Positions 1 to 10,446 of a stretch of DNA of 64,000 nucleotides are shown in pieces. Each line of letters opens with the position of its first letter. The first letter of the stretch is position 1. Under the pieces are notes generated by a model, which saw only the letters and a program-made list of their open reading frames with translations, searched no databases and was not told the DNA's origin. Location of the stretch: the NCBI GenBank assembly GCA_965206355.1, contig OZ242212.1, positions 1,009,540-1,073,539 of the forward strand, read 5' to 3'. Source of the DNA: Candidatus Spongiihabitans sp. GTDB lineage: Bacteria > Pseudomonadota > Gammaproteobacteria > Arenicellales > Poriferihabitantaceae. The position numbers and the translations under genes were made by a program.

Positions 1-790
1 GGATTTACAATGGCTTGGCACGGTGCATCATGAACGCTATATTGACCGCGTTGAACAGGCGTGCAATCTGCAACAACGTCATGTTGACTCGCCCGATGTT
101 ACGATTTGCACTGCCTCTTACGAGGTCGCATTAACCGCGACTGGCAGTGTACTGAAAATCGCCGATCAAGTTATGGCAGGAACTGTCGATAATGGTTTTG
201 CTATGATCAGACCGCCCGGACACCATGCCGAAGCGAATCTCGCCATGGGATTTTGCCTGTTCAACAACATTGCCATTGCTGCCCGATATTTGCAGCAAAA
301 ACATCAACTGCAGCGGATATTGATTCTCGACTGGGACGTGCACCACGGCAATGGTACCCAGCATATTTTCGAGCAAGACAGCTCGGTCTTTTATATCAGC
401 CTGCACCAATTCCCCCACTATCCCGGTAGCGGCGCACTGGCTGAAACCGGCATCGGCGAGGGTGCGGGCACAACGCTGAATTGCCCGATGAGTGCCGGCT
501 TGGGCGATGAGCATTACTATCAGGCGTTCAAGCAAATAATACTGCCCAAAGCAAAAAATTTCGCCGCCGATGCGCTGTTAATCTCTGCCGGATTCGATGC
601 CCATTGTGCTGACCCGCTGGGTAACATCAACCTCAACAGTCAGAGCTATGTCTGGATGACGCAGATGATGATGGAACTGGCAGATCAATGTTGTGAAGGA
701 CGATTGATTTCTGTGCTGGAAGGGGGCTACGATCTCAGCGCATTGGCAGAATCGGTTAGCCTGCATATTAAAACCCTGAGTCAGTCGTAA
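1..790 (+). CDS. Histone deacetylase / acetylpolyamine amidohydrolase family protein (5' end outside window)
   Basis: RPPGHHA, GFCLFNN, DWDVHHGNGTQ, SAGFDAH and LEGGY motifs. The frame is open to the window edge. Confidence 0.9.
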   Translation, partial: DLQWLGTVHHERYIDRVEQACNLQQRHVDSPDVTICTASYEVALTATGSVLKIADQVMAGTVDNGFAMIRPPGHHAEANLAMGFCLFNNIAIAARYLQQKHQLQRILILDWDVHHGNGTQHIFEQDSSVFYISLHQFPHYPGSGALAETGIGEGAGTTLNCPMSAGLGDEHYYQAFKQIILPKAKNFAADALLISAGFDAHCADPLGNINLNSQSYVWMTQMMMELADQCCEGRLISVLEGGYDLSALAESVSLHIKTLSQS

Positions 791-1770
791 CCACCTTTGC
801 TAACAGCCGCGAGTGTCGCTTGAAATGTTGCGAGATTGATGACTGACAGATAGCGCGGTGGCGAATCTGCACCCCGAAAAGTCTGTTTGACGATGCCTTC
901 AAGATTAGGACGCTTTTCTGCCGCGCTTTTACCTTTTCCAAGCCCACCACCGAATTCGATCAGTAATGTCGCACCGGCATTGCCGACAGCAAGCAGATTT
1001 CTGTTCCATAGCACCGGGTTAAATAATTGCAGAAACAAACGCGACTTGATGGCATCGCTATCGGCATCATGCACCTCGCCCGTGAAATTGGACAGCACAT
1101 CAACCTCTGGTGCTTTGAAATCGGCTTGATCAAGCACTTTCCGGAATTGACGTGCTGCTTCAACCATATAATAGGTGTGGAATGCCCCTTCGGTTTTTAA
1201 GCGGGCACTACGCTTACCGGGAAAGCGCTCTGCCATAGTTAAGACCAGTGCATCTAAATCTTCAGCACGCCCACCAACCACATTCTGATCGGGCAAATTG
1301 CAAGCGGCTACCGCGCAATAATGTTGTTCAGCCAGCAACGTGGCGGATTCAACATCCATCATCAACGCCTGCATTTCACCTTCTCCGTATTCGCCCATTA
1401 ACTGCCCGCGCGTTTTTACCAGTTGTAAGGCGAGGGCAAAGCTTAACGAGTTTGCACAGACCAAGGCAGCGTATTCCCCCAGACTGTGGCCGGCAGTCAG
1501 CTTGGGCGAAATCACCTGATCAGTATATTCACAAAACAGACGGTAACAAGCGATAGAATGGGTCAGCAATACCGGTTGGGTAAAGCGTGTCAGGTTGATT
1601 TGATCACTGGCATCATCGAAAGATAAGCCAGCAATATCATAACCAAGCACCTCGCTCGCTTCGTCATAGGTATCCCGCACTATTTGAAATTCTTCGAACA
1701 GATCTTTACCGATACCACGATATTGGGAGCCTTGTCCGGGAAACAGGCAGGCCATGTTTGCTGATGTCAT
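781..1770 (-). CDS. fabD: Malonyl-CoA:ACP transacylase
   Basis: LFPGQGSQ, TQP, GHSLGEY catalytic Ser motif and GAFHT. Confidence 0.88.
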   Translation of the reverse strand: MTSANMACLFPGQGSQYRGIGKDLFEEFQIVRDTYDEASEVLGYDIAGLSFDDASDQINLTRFTQPVLLTHSIACYRLFCEYTDQVISPKLTAGHSLGEYAALVCANSLSFALALQLVKTRGQLMGEYGEGEMQALMMDVESATLLAEQHYCAVAACNLPDQNVVGGRAEDLDALVLTMAERFPGKRSARLKTEGAFHTYYMVEAARQFRKVLDQADFKAPEVDVLSNFTGEVHDADSDAIKSRLFLQLFNPVLWNRNLLAVGNAGATLLIEFGGGLGKGKSAAEKRPNLEGIVKQTFRGADSPPRYLSVINLATFQATLAAVSKGGYD

Positions 1771-1791
1771 ACTGATGTCATGCTGATGTGA
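1760..1791. repeat. 11-bp tandem repeat (about 3 units) over the fabD start
   Basis: gctgatgtcat actgatgtcat gctgatgtga. Confidence 0.8.
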
Positions 1792-2020
1792 AAATCAAGA
1801 CTATTGATCGAAGGCAATAAGGGCAAACTGAACACAATGATAAAGGTATTCATTTTAATGCCCACTTTGGCGATGCCGACGATGTAGCGGATTATATCTT
1901 ACTGCGCATAAGAAATACCGCTGCAATCGCTTTGGTTGATGTATGGTTGAGTCAAAATAGGTACAATACGGCGTTTCTTAACCTCTAACTCCAATCACAA
2001 CCTCATTAAAAATATAGACA

Positions 2021-2914
2021 ATGTCAACAGTAATTGATGGTAAAGCGTTCGCGGCAGGTTTGCGTGAGCGTGTCGCGCAAGCAGTGAAAATAATTAACAC
2101 TCGGAGCGGCATCAAACCGGGGCTGGCTGTTGTTTTGGTTGGCGAAGATCCGGCCAGTCAGGTTTATGTCCGCAACAAGGGCAAGCAAACCATAGCAGCC
2201 GGTATGGATTCTTTTGAACATAAATTGCCTGCGGATACTTCCGAGCAGGACTTATTGAAGCTGGTCGAGCAACTGAATAATGACCCGAAGGTAAACGGGA
2301 TATTGGTACAGTTACCATTGCCAAAACAGATTGATGAATCCAAAGTCATCAACTCCATCAACGTAGATAAGGATGTCGATGGTTTCCATATCGAAAATGT
2401 TGGAAAACTTGCCATCGGCGAAAATTCTCTGCTGCCTTGTACGCCAGCCGGTTGCCTGATGTTGTTAAAAGATCATATTGGCGATCTGAGCGGCAAGAAT
2501 GCGGTCATTGTTGGTCGTTCCAACATTGTCGGCAAGCCTGTTTCTATGCTGTTGTTGCGAGAAAGCTGTACCGTGACGATTGCTCATTCCCGCACCCGCG
2601 ACTTGCCAGCCGTTTGTCGTCAGGCAGATATTGTGGTTGCGGCAGTCGGTGTTGCCGAGCTGGTAAAAGGCGACTGGATTAAGCCGGGTGCGGTTGTTAT
2701 TGATGTCGGCATTAACCGAGTGGAAGACGAAAACGGCAAAGCCAAACTGGTCGGGGATGTCGATTATCAAGCCGCCCTGGCCGTTGCCGATGGCGTAACA
2801 CCCGTACCAGGTGGCGTAGGACCAATGACCATCGCCTGTTTGCTACGCAACACCGCGACTGCCGCATGCCAACAAAACGGCATCGCCATTCCTTCGGTCA
2901 TAGCCCAACAATAA
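2021..2914 (+). CDS. folD: Bifunctional methylene-THF dehydrogenase/cyclohydrolase
   Basis: [25 protein letters not shown] and [11 protein letters not shown]. Confidence 0.97.
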   Translation: MSTVIDGKAFAAGLRERVAQAVKIINTRSGIKPGLAVVLVGEDPASQVYVRNKGKQTIAAGMDSFEHKLPADTSEQDLLKLVEQLNNDPKVNGILVQLPLPKQIDESKVINSINVDKDVDGFHIENVGKLAIGENSLLPCTPAGCLMLLKDHIGDLSGKNAVIVGRSNIVGKPVSMLLLRESCTVTIAHSRTRDLPAVCRQADIVVAAVGVAELVKGDWIKPGAVVIDVGINRVEDENGKAKLVGDVDYQAALAVADGVTPVPGGVGPMTIACLLRNTATAACQQNGIAIPSVIAQQ

Positions 2915-2973
2915 GCCGGGCTATAGACATGGCAATAGCCTGATGAGTGTGCTTTTCGTGCTTCCAGCAAATA

Positions 2974-3588
2974 TCACTGCAACGCCGAGATGAACAATGC
3001 CAGTTGTTTGATTTGTTGATCACTGAGCGGAAAGGCGATAGGGTTCATTATCGGGTTGTTTCTCTCACCGCTTTTGAACGCCAGCAATTGCTTTTCAATG
3101 TAATTGGCGTGTTGCCCCGCCAGTCGCGGAAAACTGGGGGGGATACCGCTACCTGACGGACCGTGACATCCTAGACAGGCAGGCACCTTGAATTCGGCAA
3201 TACCGCCACGAAAAATTGCTTCCCCAGCGCGTGCATCGGCTTCCTGATCGGCGCTTATTGACCCGCTGGTCGCTTTTTGCGATGAGTAATAGGCATCCAG
3301 ATCAGCCATATCTTGCTCAGACAATGCGTTGACAATCCCGCCCATAATCGGATCTACCCGCTCTCCAGATTTGAAGCTCATCAGTTGACGGGAAATATAT
3401 CCGCGCACTTGTCCTGCAATTTTAGGAAACTGGGCAACTTGACTATTGCCATCGGCACTGTGGCAGGCGGCACAGGTCAGCGATTTTTGCTTGCCAGCTT
3501 CCGCATCACCAGATTGTGCCATGCTGTTGTTATTAACCGCCAAGGCGAACAGCAGAGAAATCATCAAAAATTTAGACATGCGCATCAT
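2974..3588 (-). CDS. Di-haem cytochrome c4
   Basis: Signal peptide and two CxxCH motifs (CAACH, CLGCH). Divergent from engB, as is typical. Confidence 0.92.
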   Translation of the reverse strand: MMRMSKFLMISLLFALAVNNNSMAQSGDAEAGKQKSLTCAACHSADGNSQVAQFPKIAGQVRGYISRQLMSFKSGERVDPIMGGIVNALSEQDMADLDAYYSSQKATSGSISADQEADARAGEAIFRGGIAEFKVPACLGCHGPSGSGIPPSFPRLAGQHANYIEKQLLAFKSGERNNPIMNPIAFPLSDQQIKQLALFISALQ

Positions 3589-3727
3589 TGTAAAAACCCG
3601 ATTATTGATTTGACCCGAAATGTCGTTCCAGATCTGAAAATAAATTATTTCACCTTGATTTGAGGAGAAAACGTAGAATCAATCGTGCATTATATCAACA
3701 ATTATCGCTAAAAACCGGACTAAAAAA

Positions 3728-4324
3728 TTGGATAGCATTGACTTCACCAAAGCGCAGTACACGTTGGCAGCACACCATCCACAGCAGTGGCCCGCAGACA
3801 AGGGTGCCGAAGTCGCCTTTTCCGGTCGCTCCAATGTCGGAAAATCCAGTGCCATCAATGCCATTACCAATCAAAATCGTCTGGCAAAAACCAGCAAAAC
3901 TCCGGGCAGAACCCAGCAAATTGTGTTTTTTGAATTAGATGAATCGTTGCGATTAGCGGATTTGCCTGGTTATGGTTATGCCAAAGCCCCTAGAAATCTT
4001 CGACAACATTGGCAGGATCTTATTTCTGAATATCTGCTATCTCGCCAGTGCTTACGCGCCTTAGTCATCCCAATGGATATCCGCAGACCACTGACCGAAC
4101 TGGATATCACCATGCTTGAGTATTGCTGGGAGATTGGGTTAGCCGTACATATCCTGCTCACCAAAGCGGACAAATTCAAGCGTGGTAAAGCCTTAAATAT
4201 CTTGCAAGCCATAAACAAGGAGCTAAAATCCCAGCCACAAACCACCATACAGCTATTTTCTGCTCCGCATAAACAAGGCGTAGATGAAGCTAGAAAACAG
4301 TTGACCGACTACTTGAATGCGTAA
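3728..4324 (+). CDS. engB: Ribosome biogenesis GTPase YihA/EngB
   Basis: GRSNVGKSS, SKTPGRT, DLPGYGY and TKADK. Confidence 0.96.
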   Translation: MDSIDFTKAQYTLAAHHPQQWPADKGAEVAFSGRSNVGKSSAINAITNQNRLAKTSKTPGRTQQIVFFELDESLRLADLPGYGYAKAPRNLRQHWQDLISEYLLSRQCLRALVIPMDIRRPLTELDITMLEYCWEIGLAVHILLTKADKFKRGKALNILQAINKELKSQPQTTIQLFSAPHKQGVDEARKQLTDYLNA

Positions 4325-4547
4325 ACTACCAGCAGATTAACAATCAGGGCATATCGGTATTGCGGCCACAGTCCCGCTGTAATCCAAACCATGATACACG
4401 CACAAGCAAAGAAACGTGTTAGGCTGGGTAAAGTGCAAAGTGGGTTTTGCTACTGTGGCTAAAATCATCAGTGTTAAAAAACCTGAGAAAATAAATATGG
4501 CAAATAAAATACATCCAATCGCCGCTTGTATCGCAACATTATGTATT

Positions 4548-4686
4548 GAGACCTTTGCACGAAAGCCATTTCACCTGCATGCTGCGTTAAAAACGTACTC
4601 AATCGGTCATTTATAAGCATAAACTCCCTCATTCCGTGCGTTTTTGCCTGGTCTAAAAGCGAAATCATCTTCCGTGCAAAGGTCTC
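4548..4686 (+). mobile_element. MITE copy 1 (139 bp), flanks not duplicated
   Basis: GAGACCTTTGCACG...CGTGCAAAGGTCTC. Flanks gtatt / aataa differ. Confidence 0.93.
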
Positions 4687-4794
4687 AATAAAAGCGTCTG
4701 CCATAATGTCAAATCAAATCCTGAAAATCCAGCGTTGTTATTTTCTGTCATTGCCGATTTTGGTGTCGTTGATAGCCATATTCGCTATACCCTG

Positions 4795-5871
4795 ATGTCA
4801 CCTCCGCCAAATAATGTTGATGATTTCCATAGCCTGGTCAGGTTGATTAAAATCTGGGGAATGCAGCTGGGCTTCTCGCATACTGCCATCAGTGATGTTG
4901 ATTTGGGTGAGGCAGAGCAGCGTCTTGGCGACTGGCTCAAGCAGGGTTTTCACGGTGAGATGGCTTATATGTCCCGCCATGGCACTAAACGCACCCGCCC
5001 TGACGAATTAGTAGCAGGCACCATCAGCGTCATTACCGTGCGCATGGATTACCTGCCACAAACCATGCAACAGGCACAAATGGCACTGTCAAATCCGAGC
5101 ATCGGCTATATTGCCCGCTACGCGCTGGGACGCGATTATCACAAGGTGATGCGTCGCAAACTACAGCAACTGGCGCATCGAATTAGTGCTAAAGCAGGTA
5201 GCTTTGGTTATCGTGTCTTGTGCGACAGCGCACCAGTTATGGAGAAAGCGCTGGCACAAAAATCCGGTCAAGGCTGGATTGGCAAACATACCAACATTCT
5301 CAATCGCGAAAGTGGTTCTTGGTTTTTTCTCGGTGAAATCTATACCGACATGCCACTACCTGTTGATGTCTCGGCCCGTGCCCATTGCGGCAGTTGTACT
5401 GCCTGCATTGATATTTGTCCGACTGCTGCCATTGTCGCACCTTATCAACTTGATGCGCGGCGATGTATCTCCTATCTCACCATTGAGCTTCAAGGCAGCA
5501 TTCCTGTCGAGTTCAGAAAAGCCATCGGCAACCGGATTTTTGGTTGCGATGACTGCCAACTGGTTTGTCCGTGGAACCGCTATGCCAAAATCAGCACACA
5601 ACCTGATTTCACCATTCGCCACCACCTCGATGCAACTGCGCTGACCGCGCTGTTTGAGTGGGACGAGAAAAGCTTTGCGCGACACACCGAAGGCTCGGCG
5701 ATTCGACGACTCGGGTGTAGCAGATGGTTGCGCAATATCGCCATTGCGTTGGGTAATGCACCCACGAGCGCGGCCGTCATATCTGCCTTACGCAAGCGCC
5801 TCAACCACCCTTCCAGCATGTTGCGTGAACACGTTGCTTGGGCACTGGCACAACATACTGACACGAAATAA
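4795..5871 (+). CDS. queG: Epoxyqueuosine reductase
   Basis: YALGRDYH, DSAPVMEK, CGSCTACIDICPT and GCDDCQLVCPWN Fe-S motifs. Confidence 0.96.
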   Translation: MSPPPNNVDDFHSLVRLIKIWGMQLGFSHTAISDVDLGEAEQRLGDWLKQGFHGEMAYMSRHGTKRTRPDELVAGTISVITVRMDYLPQTMQQAQMALSNPSIGYIARYALGRDYHKVMRRKLQQLAHRISAKAGSFGYRVLCDSAPVMEKALAQKSGQGWIGKHTNILNRESGSWFFLGEIYTDMPLPVDVSARAHCGSCTACIDICPTAAIVAPYQLDARRCISYLTIELQGSIPVEFRKAIGNRIFGCDDCQLVCPWNRYAKISTQPDFTIRHHLDATALTALFEWDEKSFARHTEGSAIRRLGCSRWLRNIAIALGNAPTSAAVISALRKRLNHPSSMLREHVAWALAQHTDTK

Positions 5872-5877
5872 CACAAT

Positions 5878-6016
5878 GAGACCTTTGCACGAAAGCCCTT
5901 TCACCTGCATGCTGCGTTAAAAACGTACTCAATCGGTCATTTATAAGCATAAACTCCCTCATTCCGTGCGTTTTTGCCTTACCTGAAAGCGAAATCATCT
6001 TCCGTGCAAAGGTCTC
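5878..6016 (+). mobile_element. MITE copy 2 (139 bp), TSD ACAAT
   Basis: TIRs present. acaat at 5873-5877 and 6017-6021. Confidence 0.95.
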
Positions 6017-6345
6017 ACAATAACAAAGTAGCCCCGCGTCGCGCTTTAAGACATGTCCTTATCGGCAGAAAGACTAATGTTTTTAGCGGTGATTATTCTG
6101 CCAGCGCAATCATATCTTCGGACTGCCAGCAGACGACAATGTTGCATAGTATTTTCTCTGTTAGTGGTGGATTAGGGATGCCTGTCAAGCACCAGCGTAT
6201 GTTCGGAAAATGTTGCCAGTATCGCGTAGCCGTGTCAATTCATTGTATGAGTCCACCCCATATTGCACTTCATTTACTCAACATTTAGTGCAATATGTTT
6301 CTGAACTTATACATATTTTACGGTGGCTAGAAAATATTCTTAAAT

Positions 6346-6364
6346 GCTATTGCGAATCATTCTC
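6346..6364 (+). promoter_or_regulatory. Putative Fur box upstream of the Fe(III) ABC operon
   Basis: gctattgcgaatcattctc matches 14/19 of GATAATGATAATCATTATC. Confidence 0.7.
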
Positions 6365-6416
6365 ACTTTCATTAAAATACGTTGTCATTTTCAACATTCT
6401 TTATTTATTACCACTT

Positions 6417-6555
6417 GAGACCTTTGCACGGAAGATGATTTCGCTTTTAGGCCAGGCAAAAACGCACGGAATGAGGGAGTTTATGCTTATAAATGACCGA
6501 TTGAGTACGATTTTAACGTAGCATGGAGGTGAAATGGCTTTCGTGCAAAGGTCTC
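6417..6555 (-). mobile_element. MITE copy 3 (139 bp, reverse), TSD CACTT
   Basis: TIRs present. cactt at 6412-6416 and 6556-6560. Confidence 0.95.
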
Positions 6556-6595
6556 CACTTATTACCTTATTACGCTCACTTATTATTCAAGTACT

Positions 6596-7633
6596 ATGCA
6601 AAAATATATTACCCGATTCAAACACGCTATTCTCACTATCACCTTATTGGCAGCGACTGTATCTGCTCACAATCTGGCGCAAGCCGCCGAAGAAGTTAAT
6701 GTTTACTCCTACCGCAAACCTCAGCTCATCCAGCCGATGTTTGATGAATTTACCGCCTCCAGCGGCATAGCGGTCAATGTTGTATTTGCCAAAAAAGGCA
6801 TGCTGGAAAAACTGCAAAGCGAAGGCATTAACAGTCCGGCTGATCTGGTATTTACCGTTGACATCGGGCGGTTATCGGATGTCAAGAATGCCGACTTAAC
6901 ACAGGCGGTGCAATCAACCGTATTGGCGCAGAATATCCCGTCCAATATGCGTGATGATGAAAATCACTGGTTTGGATTAACTTCAAGAGCGCGTATTATC
7001 GTTACCTCAAAAACGCGCGTTGCTGAGGGTATGGTGGCCACATACGAAGATCTCGGTGCGCCAAAGTTGAACGGGCTGATTTGCACACGCTCGGGCAAAC
7101 ACCCCTATATGGTCGCATTAACTGCTGCTATGATTGCCCATCACGGCAGTGCCGATGCACAGCGTTGGCTTGCCGGATTAAAATCCAATCTGGCTCGTCG
7201 GCCTGCAGGCAATGATCGCGCTCAGGTCAAGGCAATCCAGCAAGGCGTATGCGACATTGCGGTAATCAATCACTATTATATGTATAAAATGCTTAATGAT
7301 CCGCAACAAAAAGCCTGGGCAGATGCCGTTAATGTTATCTTTCCCAATCAAAACAATCATGGCACGCACATGAATATCAGCGGTATGGCAATGACCCGAC
7401 ACGCGCCTAATCGGGATAACGCCTTAAAACTCATGGAGTTTCTTGCAGGCGAAAAAGCCCAGAAAATGTATGCCCAATTAAATGGTGAATATGCGGTCAA
7501 GCACGACATCGCACTGGCGGAGCAGGTATCCGCTTGGGGCGATTTTAAGCGTGATGGTGTCAGCCTCACTGATGTCGCTTCCTATCGGCGGGAAGCCTCA
7601 AAGATGGCAGATCGTGTTGGCTACGATGACTAA
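6596..7633 (+). CDS. Fe(III) ABC transporter substrate-binding protein (FutA/FbpA family)
   Basis: Signal peptide, VNVYSYR, EGxNSPAD, GNDRAQVKAI and NHYY tyrosine ligands. Confidence 0.92.
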   Translation: MQKYITRFKHAILTITLLAATVSAHNLAQAAEEVNVYSYRKPQLIQPMFDEFTASSGIAVNVVFAKKGMLEKLQSEGINSPADLVFTVDIGRLSDVKNADLTQAVQSTVLAQNIPSNMRDDENHWFGLTSRARIIVTSKTRVAEGMVATYEDLGAPKLNGLICTRSGKHPYMVALTAAMIAHHGSADAQRWLAGLKSNLARRPAGNDRAQVKAIQQGVCDIAVINHYYMYKMLNDPQQKAWADAVNVIFPNQNNHGTHMNISGMAMTRHAPNRDNALKLMEFLAGEKAQKMYAQLNGEYAVKHDIALAEQVSAWGDFKRDGVSLTDVASYRREASKMADRVGYDD

Positions 7634-7682
7634 CCCGGTAAGCCTCAAGGATGGCGGGTCGTATTGACTACGATGACTAACC
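7593..7682. repeat. Degenerate tandem duplication (47-bp period) of the 3' end of the Fe-binding protein gene
   Basis: 7593-7635 vs 7640-7682: 38/43 identical, including the stop codon. Confidence 0.85.
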
Positions 7683-7694
7683 GATGATTCCTCT

Positions 7695-9416
7695 TTGAGC
7701 GATACCAATTTAAGCCCCTGCAGTCGTGTCAATCCTTGGCGAATTGGCACGACTGTTATCGCCGTTGTGGCGACACTGCCAGTGCTTGCTATTTTTTGGC
7801 TGGCGTTTTCCCCTGCCGAAAATATCTGGCCGCATTTAGCCGATACTGTTTTACCACGCTATCTTTTCAACACTGCCATTTTGATGGTGGGTGTGAGTAT
7901 CTCAGTGTTCCTGATCGGGGTGTCCAGTGCTTATCTGGTCAGCACCTATGCGTTTCCCTTACGCACTTGTTTTGAATGGCTTTTAATCCTGCCACTTGCC
8001 GTTCCTGCCTACGTCATCGCTTATCTTTATACCGACCTGCTGGACTTTTCCGGTCCGCTACAGACGATGCTGCGCAGTTTCTTTGGTTGGCGCACCGGTG
8101 ACTATTGGTTTCCAAATGTCCGTAGTATGGGAGGCGCAATTATGTTGATGGCATTGGTGTTATATCCTTATGTCTATCTGATGGCACGTGCTTCATTTCT
8201 GGAGCAATCACCCCATCTGCTTGATGTCAGTCGGCTGATGGGGCGCTCTCGCTTCAACACCTTTCTGTTTGTGTCATTACCCATTGCCAGACCGGGTATT
8301 GCCATTGGTATCGCTTTGGCACTGATGGAGACGCTTAACGATTTTGGCACCGTAGATTATTTTGCAATACAGACATTAACTGTCGGTATATTTGATGTTT
8401 GGCTAAATATGAATAATCTGGGTGGTGCGGCGCAGATTGCCATTGTCATGCTCAGTTTTGTTTTGTTGCTCATCGCTCTTGAATACATCGGACGCAAACG
8501 CACCGGTTTTTACCAGAGTATGGGCAGATTCACGCACAGCGAAAAAATTCAGCTCAACGGGCTGACAAAATGGTTGGCATTCAGTGTTTGTTTTGTTCCG
8601 GTTCTCGCTGGGTTTTTTATTCCAACCGCTATGCTGGTTAACTATGGGATAAGCTATTTTGAACAATCATGGAGTGATCAGTTTCGGGGATACGCATTAA
8701 ATAGTCTGTCCGTTTCTGGCATTGCAGCGCTGTGTTGTGTCGTTACCGCACTGTTGGTGAGCTATGCAAAACGCATTGAAGGCACGCTCTGGTCTGGTAT
8801 GGCATCCAAACTCGCTGCTATGGGTTATGCCGTGCCCGGGGCAGTCCTTGCGGTTGGTGTTATCATTCCGCTCGCCGCATTTGACAATGCCGTGGATGGT
8901 TTTTTTCGAACGCATTTTGCGTTCTCCAGCGGCTTATTACTCAGTGGCACCACTTTCGCGCTCATATTAACCTATGTGATCCGCTTTCTGGCAATATCAA
9001 TCGGCAGTATCGAATCCAGTTTTTCCAAAATCTCCAACTCCATCGATATGGCAGCTCGTACACTGGGGCATCCCCCGTTCAGAACCTTGCGGCTTTATCA
9101 TTTGCCGCTGATTAAAAGCGGTATTTTCACTGCTACCTTAATCGTTTTTGTTGATTGTATGAAAGAGTTGCCAGCAACGTTGTTGTTGCGCCCGTTTAAT
9201 TTTGAAACGCTGGCGACCCATGTTTACCTGTTTGCCTCTGACGAGATGATTGAGCAAAGTGCTCTCGCCGCCTTATTGATTGTGCTTGCTGGATTGATTC
9301 CAGTGATTGTGTTAAGCCAGACAATTTCGTATTCTCAGACTTTAGCATGCCAGTCTGATTTAGCTGCCGCCACACCCCATCCCACACCGCCACAACGTGC
9401 TGATGAGCCTACTTAA
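7695..9416 (+). CDS. Fe(III) ABC transporter permease
   Basis: Multi-TM protein with two EAA-like loops and MKELPATLLLRPFNFETLA. Confidence 0.92.
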   Translation: MSDTNLSPCSRVNPWRIGTTVIAVVATLPVLAIFWLAFSPAENIWPHLADTVLPRYLFNTAILMVGVSISVFLIGVSSAYLVSTYAFPLRTCFEWLLILPLAVPAYVIAYLYTDLLDFSGPLQTMLRSFFGWRTGDYWFPNVRSMGGAIMLMALVLYPYVYLMARASFLEQSPHLLDVSRLMGRSRFNTFLFVSLPIARPGIAIGIALALMETLNDFGTVDYFAIQTLTVGIFDVWLNMNNLGGAAQIAIVMLSFVLLLIALEYIGRKRTGFYQSMGRFTHSEKIQLNGLTKWLAFSVCFVPVLAGFFIPTAMLVNYGISYFEQSWSDQFRGYALNSLSVSGIAALCCVVTALLVSYAKRIEGTLWSGMASKLAAMGYAVPGAVLAVGVIIPLAAFDNAVDGFFRTHFAFSSGLLLSGTTFALILTYVIRFLAISIGSIESSFSKISNSIDMAARTLGHPPFRTLRLYHLPLIKSGIFTATLIVFVDCMKELPATLLLRPFNFETLATHVYLFASDEMIEQSALAALLIVLAGLIPVIVLSQTISYSQTLACQSDLAAATPHPTPPQRADEPT

Positions 9417-10446
9417 AGTCGATAACATTCGCTGTTACTACGCCTGTCAAAGTGCAGTTGAGTCGGTTTCATTTGCGCTTGACGAGAGCAGCCTCGTCTG
9501 TTTGCTCGGCCCCAGTGGCTGTGGTAAAACCACGGTATTGCGTGCGATTGCTGGTTTTCAAAAGCTGCTTAGCGGTACTATCACACTCAACAACCGCTGC
9601 TTTTCCAGCGCACAAGGCCATATCCCTCCTGAGCGGCGTAATATCAGCATGGTATTTCAGGACTGCGCCTTGTTTCCTCACCTGACTGTGGAAAAAAATA
9701 TTGCTGCCGGATTATATGGTCATACCAAAAACAGCATTGACAACACGGTCGCAGAAATGCTCGGCTATGTGCGGTTAAGCGGATTCGGCAAACGCTATCC
9801 CCACGAACTATCTGGCGGACAGCAACAACGGGTTGCCTTGGCGCGTGCGCTGGCACCGAAACCGCGATTGTTGTTGATGGACGAACCCTTTTCCAGTCTT
9901 GATCTGGAATTACGCGAAAGTCTGGGGCAGGAAGTGCGGGATTTATTAAAAAATATCGGCACGACCTGTATTTTGGTCACCCACGACCAACAGGATGCGT
10001 TTACCTTCAGCGATGAGGTCGGGGTGATGAAAGCGGGCAAAATTGAGCAATGGGATACGCCTTATAACCTATATCACAAACCGGCCACGCGGTTTGTTGC
10101 CGATTTTATCGGTGACGGTGTGTTTCTGGATGCGACTATCCTGGATAAAAACAACATCGAGTCTGAACTGGCGGTACTGAGCGGTGAGCTTGCCGAGAAT
10201 GCCCACCGCGGACAACGTATCCGCTTACTGATTCGACCCGATGACATCATCCATGACGATGACAGTAAAATGACTGCGCGAATCAAGAAAAAAATATTTC
10301 GTGGTGAAAGTTATCTATACACGCTGGTCCTGCCCAGCGGCAATGAAATTTTGTCGTTAGTGCCCTCTCATCACAACCACGCCATCGGCGAAAATCTCGG
10401 TATAAAACTGGAAATAGATCATCTGGTTTATTTCGATGATAATTGA
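9403..10446 (+). CDS. Fe(III) ABC transporter ATP-binding protein
   Basis: GPSGCGKTT, LSGGQQQR, LLLMDEP and a C-terminal TOBE-like region. Confidence 0.93.
   Translation: MSLLKVDNIRCYYACQSAVESVSFALDESSLVCLLGPSGCGKTTVLRAIAGFQKLLSGTITLNNRCFSSAQGHIPPERRNISMVFQDCALFPHLTVEKNIAAGLYGHTKNSIDNTVAEMLGYVRLSGFGKRYPHELSGGQQQRVALARALAPKPRLLLMDEPFSSLDLELRESLGQEVRDLLKNIGTTCILVTHDQQDAFTFSDEVGVMKAGKIEQWDTPYNLYHKPATRFVADFIGDGVFLDATILDKNNIESELAVLSGELAENAHRGQRIRLLIRPDDIIHDDDSKMTARIKKKIFRGESYLYTLVLPSGNEILSLVPSHHNHAIGENLGIKLEIDHLVYFDDN

Noticed and set aside
6022-6300. Possible gene remnant between MITE copies 2 and 3
   Set aside because: No frame gave a recognisable family. BLASTX would be needed.
4548-6555. Three nearby repeats as a CRISPR array
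   Set aside because: Units are 139 bp, irregularly spaced, in mixed orientation and with TSDs. No cas genes are present.
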